Shown: positions 1 through 13,202 of the stretch, piece by piece
How the letters are laid out: every line of letters starts with the position of its first letter
Numbering within the stretch: position 1 is the stretch's first letter
NCBI RefSeq assembly: GCF_000497125.1
Contig: NC_090596.1
Span: forward strand, 930,001 to 994,000
DNA: 64,000 nt
From: Spironucleus salmonicida
Taxonomy: Eukaryota
Reading direction: 5' to 3'
Program-made: the position numbers and the translations under genes
The notes under the pieces: generated by a model
The model's input: the letters and a program-made list of their open reading frames with translations, nothing else
What the model was told of the DNA's origin: nothing
Database searches by the model: none

Positions 1-3000
1 ACGAGCAAGAAGAGGCTAAAGCTTCTTAGCATTTCTTGTATCAATATAGTATTGAACTAAAGAGTTATTAGTTTCATTAATGTTATCTTCAACACATAGT
101 TCAAGATATTCGGTAATAAGGAATATAATTTCGTTTTCACGGGCTAGACGGAGAACATGGAGAGGATCTACAGACAAATTATCACGCTGCTTAGCATCAA
201 TAAGATCTTCGTTATGGTAATAGCCTTACTTAGAGATTTTAAGGAATTCAGCTAAATGTTGAGGATAATATCTCATATAGAATCCGGTAGATTACGTTAA
301 TAGATCGATTTAAGTGCATTGACCACATATTTATAAGAACTATTTATGTTCAAAGTATGAAGGGTGGTTAAGAGATTCCTCAATAGCCTTGTCAACTTCT
401 TTAGATAATATATAAAGATAAACCACCTCTTTCCAAAGGTGCTCTTACTTGGCTGTTGATATAACTAATGGGATAGAAATACGTTCGAAGTGAGCACGTA
501 AGAAACGCATAAGTCTTTAAGAACCAGCAGAATCTACATACCAAAGATATTTGGCTATAAGCACACCGCATGCAGTGAATAAATTCTACTCTTTATTAGT
601 AAACGCTTTAGCTTGAGGATGCTCAATACCAGCCTCTAAGAGATCAATAAGTTCTTTGATGAAGCCGTTATTCTCATAGAATCTAATGCAACGAGGCAAT
701 TCATCTGGGATTGTAATGAGATACATACCTGCAGTTTTCGCATACTGAACCTAGTTTGCTAAAATACAAGCAGCATTTACAGTTCTCCAACAATCGATAT
801 TGTCAGCACGACGAGCAGAATCAACAGCATTGCTCCAATCTTCTAATTTAAGGAAAGTACACGCTAATCTGTTCCAAACTTACATTTTAGAGAACAGTAA
901 TTTTGCAGCATAATAGCGCTTTTCTGAGAATGCACGCTCACCAATTCTAATGATGTCACCCTTATTGGGAACAACACCTTGGCCAACTGAATCTGTCATC
1001 GAAAGGAATTATTCTAATTCGTCAAATTTATCATGTCTTACGTAGCAGTACATTAAAGCCGTATCAACTTCTACTTAATCTGCAAAGGCACCATTTAAGA
1101 ACATCACAGTACGTGTTGTTCTAAGATATTCAATACTGTTATTAAAGTTAGAAACATTTTCAGTTTCGTAATTTTTAGCAAAATCTTTGTTGAACTTGAA
1201 TACAGTCTATATAACTTATTTATAACAAAGCATATCTTTAGAACGAGTTAAAGATTTGCAACCACGGGTGATTAAGCTACACGCTTCAATAGGAGAGTTT
1301 TAACCCATACATTCAACAGCTATCTTGAGCTGAGCCGCACCAAGTACAGCAAAAACAGCAGATTAGTTAACTTATTCAGAAAATTCTTCGGCACGTTTTA
1401 ATCCCATGTAGTGAATCAGAATATCAACAGCTTCAGGTAAACGATCGTATCTACGGAAAACCTCAAACGCATATTCATAAAATTCAGGCATGTTATTCTC
1501 AGTGGCAACTTAAACACATACTTTAGCGATGACATCAGGATCATAGACAAGTTCGGTCATCTTAACATATTTTTAAACTGAAGAAAGCTCTCTGGCCTTA
1601 ACAGCAGCGATGATTAATAAATTATGCAGAGCAGTATTTTTACCGTGGACGGACCCAGGAGTAAGAATAACACGTTCTAACAACACCATTATGCATTTAG
1701 AAACCTTAGGATCCTTGTCTTAAATTCTAACTAAAGGACCAATAGCAGCAGCAATGACATTATCATCAAGCTTTTCTACAGCAACAGAAGTATTTTACTA
1801 AACAGCCTAAATTAAGTATTCTCTATGCTGCTCTAAAGACCTCTGGTTATTGAGATAGAAAAATTCGGAGTAAATAGGAGTGAATTTATCCATAACTGAA
1901 AGCTCCCAAAGTTTGAGAGAACCTCTTTTAAGAAGTAAAACAGCCATTTCTCTGTATAAAGAACATCCGAGACCGGTTTCCACAATTAATGAAAGTGCCT
2001 TAGTGTTTCTGATTTCAATAGGATTAATAGGGCTGAAAGCTCCTACAACTGCACACTTAAGAGTCATATTTTGTATAAATGAATCTCTACGTCTTCTGTC
2101 ATTTGAAAGGCAGTACTCAACTACATTGCAGTGATCATAATATGGATCTTCAACAAGGAATTTCTCAATAGCTTAGTCTCTAGTCTCCATAAGGATTTTA
2201 GCGAAAGCAGTATGCGTTTACTGATCAATAGCACCGGCAATAAGTCTTTATTCAAGCATTTCACGAACTATGCGAATAGTTTTTTAGTTCTTCATACAAA
2301 CAGTAACAACTTTATCAATATTGCATCTTTCTCTTACTTACTGAGAAGCGATCACGCGTGACAAAAAGTCCACGGTGAAGATGCCATCAAGTACGTTAAC
2401 CTCCTAGCTGGACATGACACCATTTTCGAAGAGAGCTTCCAATATCTGATCGCATTGCTCCGGGGCAAAGGCAGTCAAGAACTGCTCCAAAATTGCAGTA
2501 GAGTTGGATATGAAGTAGTGCATGTTCTTGGGGTTCTTTACGCAGATTTCGCACAGGAAGCTGGCCAGAACCTTGCTCAAGTTGAATCTCATACAAATTG
2601 TGAGTAAAGCAGTGATAACAGTGGGTTCTGACTTTGTAGAGGTTTAAGTAAGAACATCGAAAGCCTCCTAGCCTTCAATTACAGTACTTTCTCTAGCAAC
2701 AAGCAAGATATCCTGCTCTTTGTTGCCTTAAACAGCACATTTGAGATACAAAGTGTGAATTGCAGGTTCCACAGAAGATGGGAAGATATTCTTCAGGAAA
2801 CTGAAAAGTGCCTCCGAACCGCTAAGATCGAACGACTCGAACACCTGAATAGCAGCAACCGACAGTTCTGGTGAGGCAGCGATGATCGGCAAAACCGAGA
2901 AAGCCTGTGCTACGTGTGGCGCGTAAATACGTAAATCGCCGATTTAGACCATCAGAAGGTTCTAAATGAACTCAAAGAGTGCATCTATCGTCTCCTGAGT

Positions 3001-5088
3001 CTCCTCCACGAACTTACCGCAACTGAGACAGTATTGAGCGAAAAACTCGGGGGCGAAAATCGCACGACCGGCTTCCTGGGCGTAAAATGAAGCGATTCTG
3101 ACGCATTCCGAGTCGTCAGGAGCGTACTCGAAGGCGCGCTGATAGAGCTGCGCGGTCTCGCACTGCGCATAAATTACGCTCCGGTCGAACCAATTCAGCT
3201 TGTTTTTGGCCAAAAGAGCTTCTGCGAAGACTGGGTCCGCCTCGAGGTTGAACGCGATAACGCTTGTCTGGAAAGGTCCCGATTGGTCACTGAATTGCAG
3301 CTTTTTGATGACCTCAAGAAGTAGGTAACTGGCCTCCTTGATGTAACCGAAGGTCTTAAAAGATTCCGCAATTTCAATGATTTGGGCGCTGTTTTCAGCC
3401 TCAATTTTGCCTATTACCGTGTTCGCGAAGTTCCTGAGTCTTTCGACTCCATCTGCGGTCAGGCCTGCACCCAGCTGGAGCCCCTTGTTGATAATCACGC
3501 TGTAGTCGGGCTGGTACTCCGGGAAGCGTTCCACGTAGCGCACGATCGAATCGAGCTAGTTTTACGTGATGAGGTACAGAATGCACTTTTCGTGGCATTT
3601 GGCTCCGTTGTACACCTTGAACGCGAGCTTGTCCATGCCGTTTTACATGAGCGTATCGCCGAGCGCTTCGCATGCGAAGAGCTTTCCAGCCGCGAAAAGT
3701 TGCTCCACAGCCGCGATTTTGCCGTTCGCGGCGAGGCTCTTCACGAGCTCCATAGTCTCCGAAACGTTGACCAAAACGCCCTCACCGGCGATCAGCTCGC
3801 CCAGATAGACGAGCACAGGCGGCTTTTCGCCCATATTGACCGCTGCGTCGGCGAATCGCTTCAGGATTTCTTGCGTTCTAAGGCAGTTGCCCGGGGCATT
3901 CTTGACGACGTCAGCTGCCTTTTTCCACTCTTTCTGGCTGAAAAAGCTCTCGAATTGGCTCATAAAGAGCTTGTCGGCGCCTGCCAAATTGGCCCTCATG
4001 CTGAGCTTGACGGCCTGGCTCTACTTGTTGAGACGCGTCATCACGAAATCGACGATCGATGCCTCGTCGATAAGGAGCGTCTGGATTTTTCCGTCGGCGG
4101 ACGCAAGCACGATATCGCAGTGCTGGGCGTCGCTGACGCTGAACGTGGGCTTGTGCGAGATCTGCTGCTGCGAGATCAAAATGGCCGAAATCGCGTCGTG
4201 GATGTACAGAATTCCGGTTTTCGTAATCGTGAAGATGAAGCCCAGCTTGGAATTGCTGCGCATATGCATCGGGAACTCATTGGGGGCGATCGCGGGGTTG
4301 ATCGCGATTTGGAACGTCTGGCGCTAAAAGCCTGAAAGAGGGTTTCCAGCGGCGTCCTTTTGGGGGCCGCATTCCATCACGTTGATGTCAATGGCGGGGG
4401 CGGATGCAGATTTGAGGGCGAACGCCAGCAACGTGCACGACGGGTGTTACTTGTCTTCCTGGTACGTCAAAAGCGTAGATGAGTGCGCGGGAATCACTTT
4501 CGACACTTGTTTTGAGAAGCTGTGGAGCTGGAGATTTCCAGCGATTTGCTACGTGGTGGGGTTGACGCCAACGCACTGAAGGATGGCCCAATCGCCTTCC
4601 ATTTAAAAATTGGTAATTTTAGAGTATTCAAGGCCTTATATCAGTTGGGCGTCTCTATAAAGTACTGATTGATATGTATCTGGGGTTTCGTAGCTCCAAA
4701 TATAAACTCCGTCAGATTGGACGATGGCCAAGCGTTTTTCGTCAATCCACTGCCAGAAATCGATTTAAACGGGAGCAGGGAATACATAACGTCCAAGAGG
4801 AGTCTTTGTAGATAAAGACATGGCTTGAATGAGCTAATTGGTGCGAAGAACACAGATAGAGGGATCTGCAGGATTTAATATAGCTTAGTCAGCTTTCATA
4901 GGAATTTAAAGATCCTGAGACTGATCTTAAGTGAAAACTACACGTAAGGTGGGAGAACCTGAAGTATCATCTTTAACACAGAAACCAAGTTCTGAGGCGA
5001 TTGAAAAGAAAGATGATTTTAATGTCTAATCAGGAACAAGACGTTCCTGGGTGTTCAAGATAGTGTTAAGCTAAATCGGATTGGACAT
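1..5088 (-). CDS. CHC: Clathrin heavy chain (3' end runs off the left edge)
   Basis: ATG at 5088 (MSNPIQLNTILNTQERL...). Five supplied fragments (4021-4269, 3643-3999, 2962-3543, 2404-2592, 1807-2067) share one frame and are separated only by TAA/TAG. Clathrin-like segments: GFIFTITKTGILYIHD, AADVVKNAPGNCLRTQEILKRF, PPVLVYLGELI. Confidence 0.9.
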
Positions 5089-5517
5089 TTTATTTAAAGG
5101 GAAAGATATTTCAAATCTGCTGTGCTTATTATATGAAGGTTAATAATTTCAGTATATTTTACTAAATGATATTGATATAATATCATATAATATTGTATAC
5201 TAACTTTTCGTGATAGTAAATTTTAATTATATCCTATTTTAGTATTCCAAGAAACTATAGATCCGCCAAAAATTAAGTATTTTATAAAAGAACAAAACTC
5301 GTTTTACCCAGCAAATAACTTAGAGAACTTAATTTTTACAACTATAATAACTATATAGAAACTGAAATCAACATTAGCCAACATAATTTCAGCTATTAAA
5401 CTACTCCATATCAAGTTAATATTTACTCTAATAAATAAATTAAGAAACTTATTTATAAGACTTACTTATTCTACTTATATATCATATATCATAACCCATT
5501 TCATTTTCCTTTCCCTA

Positions 5518-6156
5518 ATGTCTCACAGAAATTGCTTTGTCTCAAATCAGCCCATTTCCGAACTAGAACTGTACTACCAACAGACCTACAGAGCCGAAAC
5601 CAACCTCCATATGCTCATTACAGAGAGCGAAATTGGGGTCCTTAACAGGAAACTCGCAGATCAGCTTAACGCGTTTTACGAGCCAATTACATCTAGAGAA
5701 CACCCGCTGCACATTGTGGGCCTCCTGTCAGGCTGCATTTAGTTTATTTCCGACATTTCGAAGCACCTGACGTTCGACTACTCGCTGCACTTCCTGAAGG
5801 TCACGTCCTACCACGGGGAGGACCAGAAGGGCATAGAGTTCACCCCTGACTACTTAGAGCGTTTTCTTGGCAAAAAACATGTGCTCTTCATGGACGAGCT
5901 CCTGGACACCGGAAACTCGCTCAAAGCGGTCCAGAAGTACGTCCCAGAATCGAAAATTTGCGTTCTTTTCGCAAAGAAATCCGGCATTGCAGATTTCACT
6001 GGAATCGAAGGCATTCCCACCCTTTGGCTCATCGGCTACGGGCTGGACGACAACGGCCTCAGGCGCGGCTGGCCAATTGTGACGTACAAAAGCGAGACCG
6101 AGCTTGAAACGGCAGTGCAGTTCAGGATGGAAATTCTTAGGCAAATGTGCTAGTGA
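5518..6156 (+). CDS. Hypoxanthine/guanine phosphoribosyltransferase (212 aa)
   Basis: Two supplied ORFs join through TAG. PRPP-binding motif VLFMDELLDTGNSL, plus VTSYHG and WLIGYGLD. Ends TAG-TGA; C-rich box before ATG. Confidence 0.92.
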
Positions 6157-6188
6157 GGATATAAAATTAATGTTCAATTTTTGAAATT

Positions 6189-6473
6189 TCAGTCATTATT
6201 TGTCTCTTCTTGGTAGCTTACGCTAACTCTCACCTCGCTATAAAGGCTTCCTTCTTGCTATATATCAGTCTGCCCACCCGGTGCTTGCCTATACACTAAA
6301 TAGACCGATAACAGCAGCAATCCGGTCATGATAATGCTGAAAACCAGCGAGACCAAAATCATCATCCTATGAGTAGCAATAAAGCAGGATAAGCACGCAA
6401 GCACTCCCACCAGCGAAACAACGCTAGAAACCGACAGCGAAACAATCGAGAACCGCTTATCCGCCGTGAACAT
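6189..6473 (-). CDS. Small two-TM membrane protein (94 aa)
   Basis: Two hydrophobic stretches; reads through TAG to TGA at 6189-6191. Confidence 0.6.
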
Positions 6474-6547
6474 TTTTGAAAAACTTACTTTACATTATTA
6501 TACACTATAACCCCCAAAATCTATTGTATTAAATTAACCTATACCTC

Positions 6548-7138
6548 TCACTCCCACTCACTCCAGTGCCTGCGCCAAAATTCCACCTCCCCAATAACGC
6601 TACTGAGCACCCGCGCCATCAGGGCGTTCCCGCAGTCGTTCAGGTGAATCCCGTCGGCCAGCATCGCGTTTTCGGTCCAATTTTCGCGCAAATCGACCCA
6701 TTTCACGCCCGTGAGCTGCCGGCTCGCCAGCGCGTAGCTGGCAGTCCGCGCAGCGTCGCGCCCTTCGCGCCCTTCGACGGGCGGCGGCGCTACGAACGTT
6801 ATATCAGTACAAATTTTACTCATTATATCAGCAATTTCCTGGCAGTTGCGCAGAAACTGCGCGAGCGGAAGGGCTTGGATTCCGCCGGTTGCGGCGTCGT
6901 TCGCGCCGGCGCAAATGACGCAGAAATTGACGTTTTTGGGCAGCGCGGCAGCGAATTCGGCGGATTGCGCGAATTCGAGAATTTGGGCCGAATTGAGGCC
7001 AGAAATTCCCAAATTCACGAACTGCAGGCGGCCCTGGAAGCGCTCGCGCAGCAGCTGCACGAAGCCGTTTCTGTTGTCCCCGTACTGGGTCAGGGAGTCG
7101 CCGATTAGGACGCATTGCGGGATTGGCGTGTAGTTCAT
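6548..7138 (-). CDS. GDSL/SGNH hydrolase (IAH1-like esterase)
   Basis: CVLIGDSLT (block I), GANDA (block III), DGIHLN (block V). Ends GAG-TGA. Confidence 0.9.
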   Translation of the reverse strand: MNYTPIPQCVLIGDSLTQYGDNRNGFVQLLRERFQGRLQFVNLGISGLNSAQILEFAQSAEFAAALPKNVNFCVICAGANDAATGGIQALPLAQFLRNCQEIADIMSKICTDITFVAPPPVEGREGRDAARTASYALASRQLTGVKWVDLRENWTENAMLADGIHLNDCGNALMARVLSSVIGEVEFWRRHWSEWE

Positions 7139-7263
7139 TTTATCGGAAATTGATAATAATATATAATAATATATGATAATTATAAAAGTGGAAGGGAGTT
7201 GAAATATTAATATAAGTATATAATAATAGTAAAAAATTTATAACGGTCAAGTATGAAAAATCA

Positions 7264-10200
7264 TCACTTTTTAATAATCTAGATCATCTGGTAAATAACG
7301 AAAATGTAGTTTTCTATCTGCCTGTTGAAGCCGTAGAAGTAGGATAGGCACAGAAATACTAACGTTAAGCTTATTGTGCTAAAAATAGTTAATTAATACG
7401 ATAGTTCCCTGTACTTAGCTGCTGGTGGTTGTTAGTTGTCTTGAAATTGGCCATAAGTTCGTAATGTTTCTATTATGGATTTTGCGTTTTCTATATTAGT
7501 TGCTAATTACAATTTCTGTAATTAAAGATTAATTTTATTAGTAAAAACTGTAGTATATTTGACGGTAGCGCCATTTTAAATAAATGTAAGAAGCTCGTTT
7601 TTATATACTGTATTGCATTTCTAAATCTGTGGGTGTTCAATCTATCTTTGACCGGAAGGTACATATTATAATACATCGGCACAAGGATCTGAAATTCCAT
7701 ATTTTTAAAACTACAAATGATTAAGTAGAGTAAGTGCCACTGATTATACACTATTTAAGTCATCGTTTTCAATATAAATCTCCAACTCATTTACTAATAA
7801 ATCAGCTAGCTAGGATAAAGAAATCTTAGTTGAATAATCTTAAAACCCATACATCTTTTTTTAAAAAGTTGCTGCAGTTACTCCTAACAAAATAATAAGA
7901 ATAGGGCTTACTTATAATAAAATTTACAAAATGACCTTATAATTTTAAAAAACATACACCGAATGATCAAAAATATGTAATTATTCTTATAATTTTTTAG
8001 CATAGTTCTTTTTGCTGACAACTGAAAAATTAAAATCAGATAAAATCACAGGATATATAGCTGCAATGAAATATACGATAGTAGCCCAAAGAATGAATAA
8101 TGATGGTATGAAAAACTTAAACATTTATGAAATTCTATATTCTAAAAAAAACATCGAGTATTGATTAAATATTCTTTAAAATAATTAAAATTACGCTGCA
8201 ATACTATCATATAATTTTGAGAAGGTGAGAATTTTATGTTCATACTAAAAAAGTATTAAACTAGGATCGCATTCATTAATAAAATATATTTAATAAAGTT
8301 ATAGATCTTTAAGATACTAATAAGATTCAAATAATAATTTATTATTTACATTTTAAAACAGTAAACTCTACGTTAATTCTTAAAATATGTGCGATACTTA
8401 TGATTATTCTTACATATATTCAAAATAACCAGTAATATTAAGCAAATTAGTAATATTATGATTGAAATCATTCGGAAATTAATGATTGTATTTACATGAA
8501 GTAAGATCTAATCTTTTCTAATAATACCAATTCAAATTTAAATTAGTCTCTTTAGTTGGATTACTAGATAATTAAATATCATGATTTGTAAGTTGCATCA
8601 TAGATTGCAATACTTTTATTTATCCTAACAGTAATATTTATTTATTATAAGCAAATGTACTGTAATAAATTTAAAAACCAAAATTAAATAATATTAAGGA
8701 TATCATAGCGACATACACTATTTGTTTTGTAACTCTTAATATTTTAATTTAAAAAAATTAATTCTCTTAGTATTTTAATGAATACCGTTTATTATGTTTA
8801 TTATTTTAATATATAAAATAAACAATAAAAAACAGAAATACACAACTACATACTATTCCATGTATGATAATGGCAGATGTGTAGCTTGAAATCGAAGCAA
8901 AAATATTATTTAGTTTAGAATACGTAAGATAAGACTTAATTTTCTGCAAAACTGAAAGCTTTGGTTTAAATAAAGTTTGCAAGTACTCATTTTGGTTTAT
9001 AAAAATATCTTAAACTTTTTGAACTAGATTTTAAACTTACACACTAGTTAAAATACAAATAGATTTATCTTGAAGCTAGCCTATATCGATTTAGTCATCT
9101 TTAAAATTCGTGAAATATTAACCATTGAATTTTTAACATTCAGGTAAATAATTTGTTAATTAATTTGTTAAGGTAGGAAAAGCCAATTAATCCGCAGTAA
9201 TATTATAGTTAAAAAACTATAACCCTATTTTTTAAGAATAATATATTTACTAGTAGGATACTTTTAAGTAATAAAATATATCCTATAAATTCTCATTAAG
9301 ATCTTTGAGCTAAAAAATTTATTTATTAATATTATTTTATTTTTATGCTTGCACATTAGGATTAGGCACTAATATAGTAAGATGTAACATATTATAAATA
9401 GAAATTATGAAGTCTAATAAAAATGTAGATTGTATACTCGCTTACGAATGTTAGTCATAGAAATCAATAGATGGAAGTGTGTAAAAAAAATATTGTTTGC
9501 TTAACATAAATTATAAAATTTTATTGTTATCGCGGTTTCCAATTTAATTCACAGTGTTGCTAGTAAACTTTACTATTTATATCGTATTTTAAATATCATG
9601 AATTTTATTCTAAAATACTGCCAAATCTGAAATTTTTTAATTTAATTACATATTCATGCTATTTAATTATGAATTGATTTAAAATGTTTTACCATTAACA
9701 AACTATGATACTAGAATTAATACTAAAATTATAAATATATTAATAAAAATAATATTTTAGTATTTAGTTGTCTTTACTTATTATTTACTAGGAGCTTCTG
9801 TTTGTATTTCGGATTAGATTCTACTAACCATTTTAGTAGGAGCATTGGTTCGAATAACAGCTTACGAAATAAGTTTGTCAATTGAAGTATTAATTTTTTT
9901 CTAATATGAATCTACAATAATTCTAACATCATCTTATTTTAATGTTCTAAGTAAATTTAATACTCCTTCATATTATTTCATTACTAAATGTGTCTTATAT
10001 AATGTTAATACTAATATTACTAAAGATGTCATAATTAATAACTATCTTGTATAGTTCACATCCTCATAAAAATAATTCTCAAAAAAATTAAAATAAGAAG
10101 CTATCATCTAAGGAAATTAGTAAACTCGACTGGCTTGTTCTTTTTTCAATAATTATCTACTTGTCGTTAAAGCTAGTGCAGAATCAATTGTAAATTAGTC

Positions 10201-13158
10201 ATATAAAGACTACATATCTTAACTTTTTTCTGCAAAAATTCTTGACCCTGTAGTTATATACTTATTGAAAACATTTATTTAATTCGTTTTCTTTGTGCTA
10301 ACTACTGTAGAATTACATGGCTAATATTAGCTGAATTAGCATAATGAGATAAATTTCTGGGATTAATATTCCTAAAATGAATCTTTTATTTTATTTATAA
10401 ATAGCAAATTTTACTTTGGTAACTTTAACCACTCTAATTCATAGATAGTTTTGTAAAAATTTTACTAAAATACATTCTAAACTCTTTAGCTGTTAAAATC
10501 TTCAGATATTAACTTAGAAAAGGCTGAATATGCTGCCATTATAAGCATTAAAAAAACAATTATGTAGACAAAGATACTAAATAATTTATAGAATTTCTTA
10601 AATATTGTTTTTCTTGCTCCAGAATATTATTAAAAAAATTATGACTTTGTTTTAAAATCTTATTTTGGGTGGATTAATAATCCAGGTTCTTCTTAAATAG
10701 CATCCTGAAGCCTCATCGTAAGGGATAATCTAGAGTCTTAATCAGAACGAGATTTAAAAGATGTAGCTTGAGTATTATTTCCAGTTATTTTAGGCGATAA
10801 TGTTTTAGACGTAAGTATTATAGAAGTTTGAACTCTATCTTTATTAATAACCTTATTTTACCTTTAAACACTTTTAAGTATTTATTTATCGAATCTGAAT
10901 TTCCTTACTAACATATAAAGCTAAAATATAATATCTTTATTATTTGTTTTTCGCTTCAATCTTTGCATTTTACTAACAATTCTATAAAAATCGCTATAAA
11001 TTATATCAACACTTGATAATACACTAGTTGATAGTGCTGGATGTCCTATATATGCTCCGGTTTAAACCCAAAATCCCATAATTTCTTAACCAAAATTATA
11101 AAAATCTTCTACATAAAATTTTTCTATTTATTTTTTTGAATTACCAAAACGAGAATGTAAAAATATATCTGAAATAATAGATATCTAAAAAACATTTAGA
11201 ACTGACAATGGGCTTCCTATAATTTAGATATTCGCTTATTCTGTTTATCGTTATGGTTAAATTTTACGCTCTTAGAATAGATGAGTAACTTAGCCCGAGT
11301 CCTATATATTTTCAATATTTTCAAATAATCTTTACAACTTTTAAATATTAGATAATGAATATTCTACTTGAACTTTCTCTTATTCTTTCTTGGATCTAAA
11401 TGATTATTTCATATCATTAATAACTTTCTCCTTAAATATGTTATAAGTCAAATAGTTAACATCAATATCTGGATTCTTTTTTATTAAACTCTCTAAATAA
11501 ATAATTTTTTCAAACTAATGAAATCTACGTGGTCTATATACAGATTTATTAGAAATTTCTTATCCCTACTCTGGTTGCCGTTCTTCATGAATATTAGTAA
11601 TATGCAAAAACGGAATAAAAATATCCATAACCCTATTAAGCAAAGGCTAACTCCTATAAATATCAAAAAGATTAATCTATCTTTAGTCTAAGAATGGGAA
11701 TATGTTCTTTGCAAAAATATCTAAATCAATAGTTTAGCTTCTATATAACTAATCCCAAATATGCCAATAAATACTATTAAATTTAAATTTTCCTAAATCA
11801 ATAAATTCTTTGAACTAAGGTAGATTAATAAAAGTGGAAGAAGAAGAATTTAAAAAAATTGCGGATTCTTATAACACATTTTATGAAAATGGAGATCTAT
11901 GCATTTTAAACATCTTTAAACAAATGGAAACGTATGAATTTGTAACTTATTATTATAGAAATTATTTTCTTAGCTCAGTTTAATTTCCGGAGCTTTAATT
12001 AATTAATGCAAAACCAGCACCAAATATCGCTTTATTGACATGTGAAAATCGTGTTATTAATTTTTTAAGCCTTTTAACTGCATAGAAGTATTAAAAAATA
12101 CCATCTGCTCCAATTAAACGCATTTTTAAAAAATTTTATAAAAAAGGATTTCCATCAACTAGAATTTATAGTTATTCCGTTGGTTATTCATAAGTAGCAG
12201 GAATATATAATTAATTTGTTATCATAACTCGTTTTTTATAAACTTTATTCTAAATATCAAATGGAAAATTGTTCTAGTATATTCCAAGGTTCATTAGTAG
12301 AATAGAAGACTCCTTTTAGACAGCTGATAACTTAGGTAAAACGTATTTAATATCTCTTGAAATATTTTATTGAAGTAAAATTACTTGTCTAATTAATGCT
12401 TGACAATTAATACTACCTATTAGACCTTTCTAAAAAGCCTCATGGAAAAGTAAAGAAATAACGCATCTTTCAAATATTTAATTTTAATAATTATTAACTC
12501 GCAATACTTATACACTACAAAATAATACTAAAAATATAGGATTCAAATTACATATTAATCCTAGTGAGTAAGAAATTGTAAAGGAAGCTAAGCAATTTGC
12601 ATACCACCCATGATAAAACAGGAAAGTATGAATAAGACCCATAGATATTAAAAAAATAACTGTGATGAAAATTTACGGTAAATGTATAGTTATCAATAGG
12701 AAAATACGGACACTCCAAACATGTTGAATAGAAATAATTGAAAATTTTGACACTCCTATACATGTCGGAGTTAAGCGCAGCAAGTGTATAAATTCAAATA
12801 CTTATCTAATATAGAAAAGAACGACTAGGACTAAATTTTTTTAATACATGATGAAAATAATGTATGATGAATAAAATGTTGATACATATAGTAAATCTGT
12901 GATACCAAATATATGCCAAAAAACAGTTGGATGCCGAAAATATTATCTCGATACTGCGCATAATATTATGTCGATAATATGAAAAGCTAGAGGTAATACT
13001 ATCAAAATTATCATTTACCATAAAGAATATATTTTTGTTATATATTTAGCATAAAATAACATTGGTATTGATAAAATTAATGATAACATTGAATAAAGGT
13101 TAATATATGGAAATGGTTTTTCATGCCACCGTTATGACATCTAATATAACCACTCCAT
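7264..13158 (-). CDS. Very large multi-pass membrane protein (~1964 aa), function unknown
   Basis: ATG 13158 and AAG-TGA 7264 are in frame (5895 nt). Sampled stretches at the start, middle and end are open with TAA/TAG=Gln. N-terminal cluster of hydrophobic helices, further TM segments and a C-terminal TM. Not every codon was checked. Confidence 0.7.
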
Positions 13159-13202
13159 TATTTAATAATTAAATACTAAATTTATATATAATTATTAATA
13201 AA

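Noticed and set aside
3382-4335. 317-aa + strand ORF and other antisense ORFs over clathrin
   Set aside because: Shadow of the GC-rich part of the minus-strand clathrin frame; no motifs.
1-5088. Apparent pseudogenes or stop-codon readthrough (many in-frame TAA/TAG)
   Set aside because: Explained uniformly by Gln reassignment; the frames are intact.
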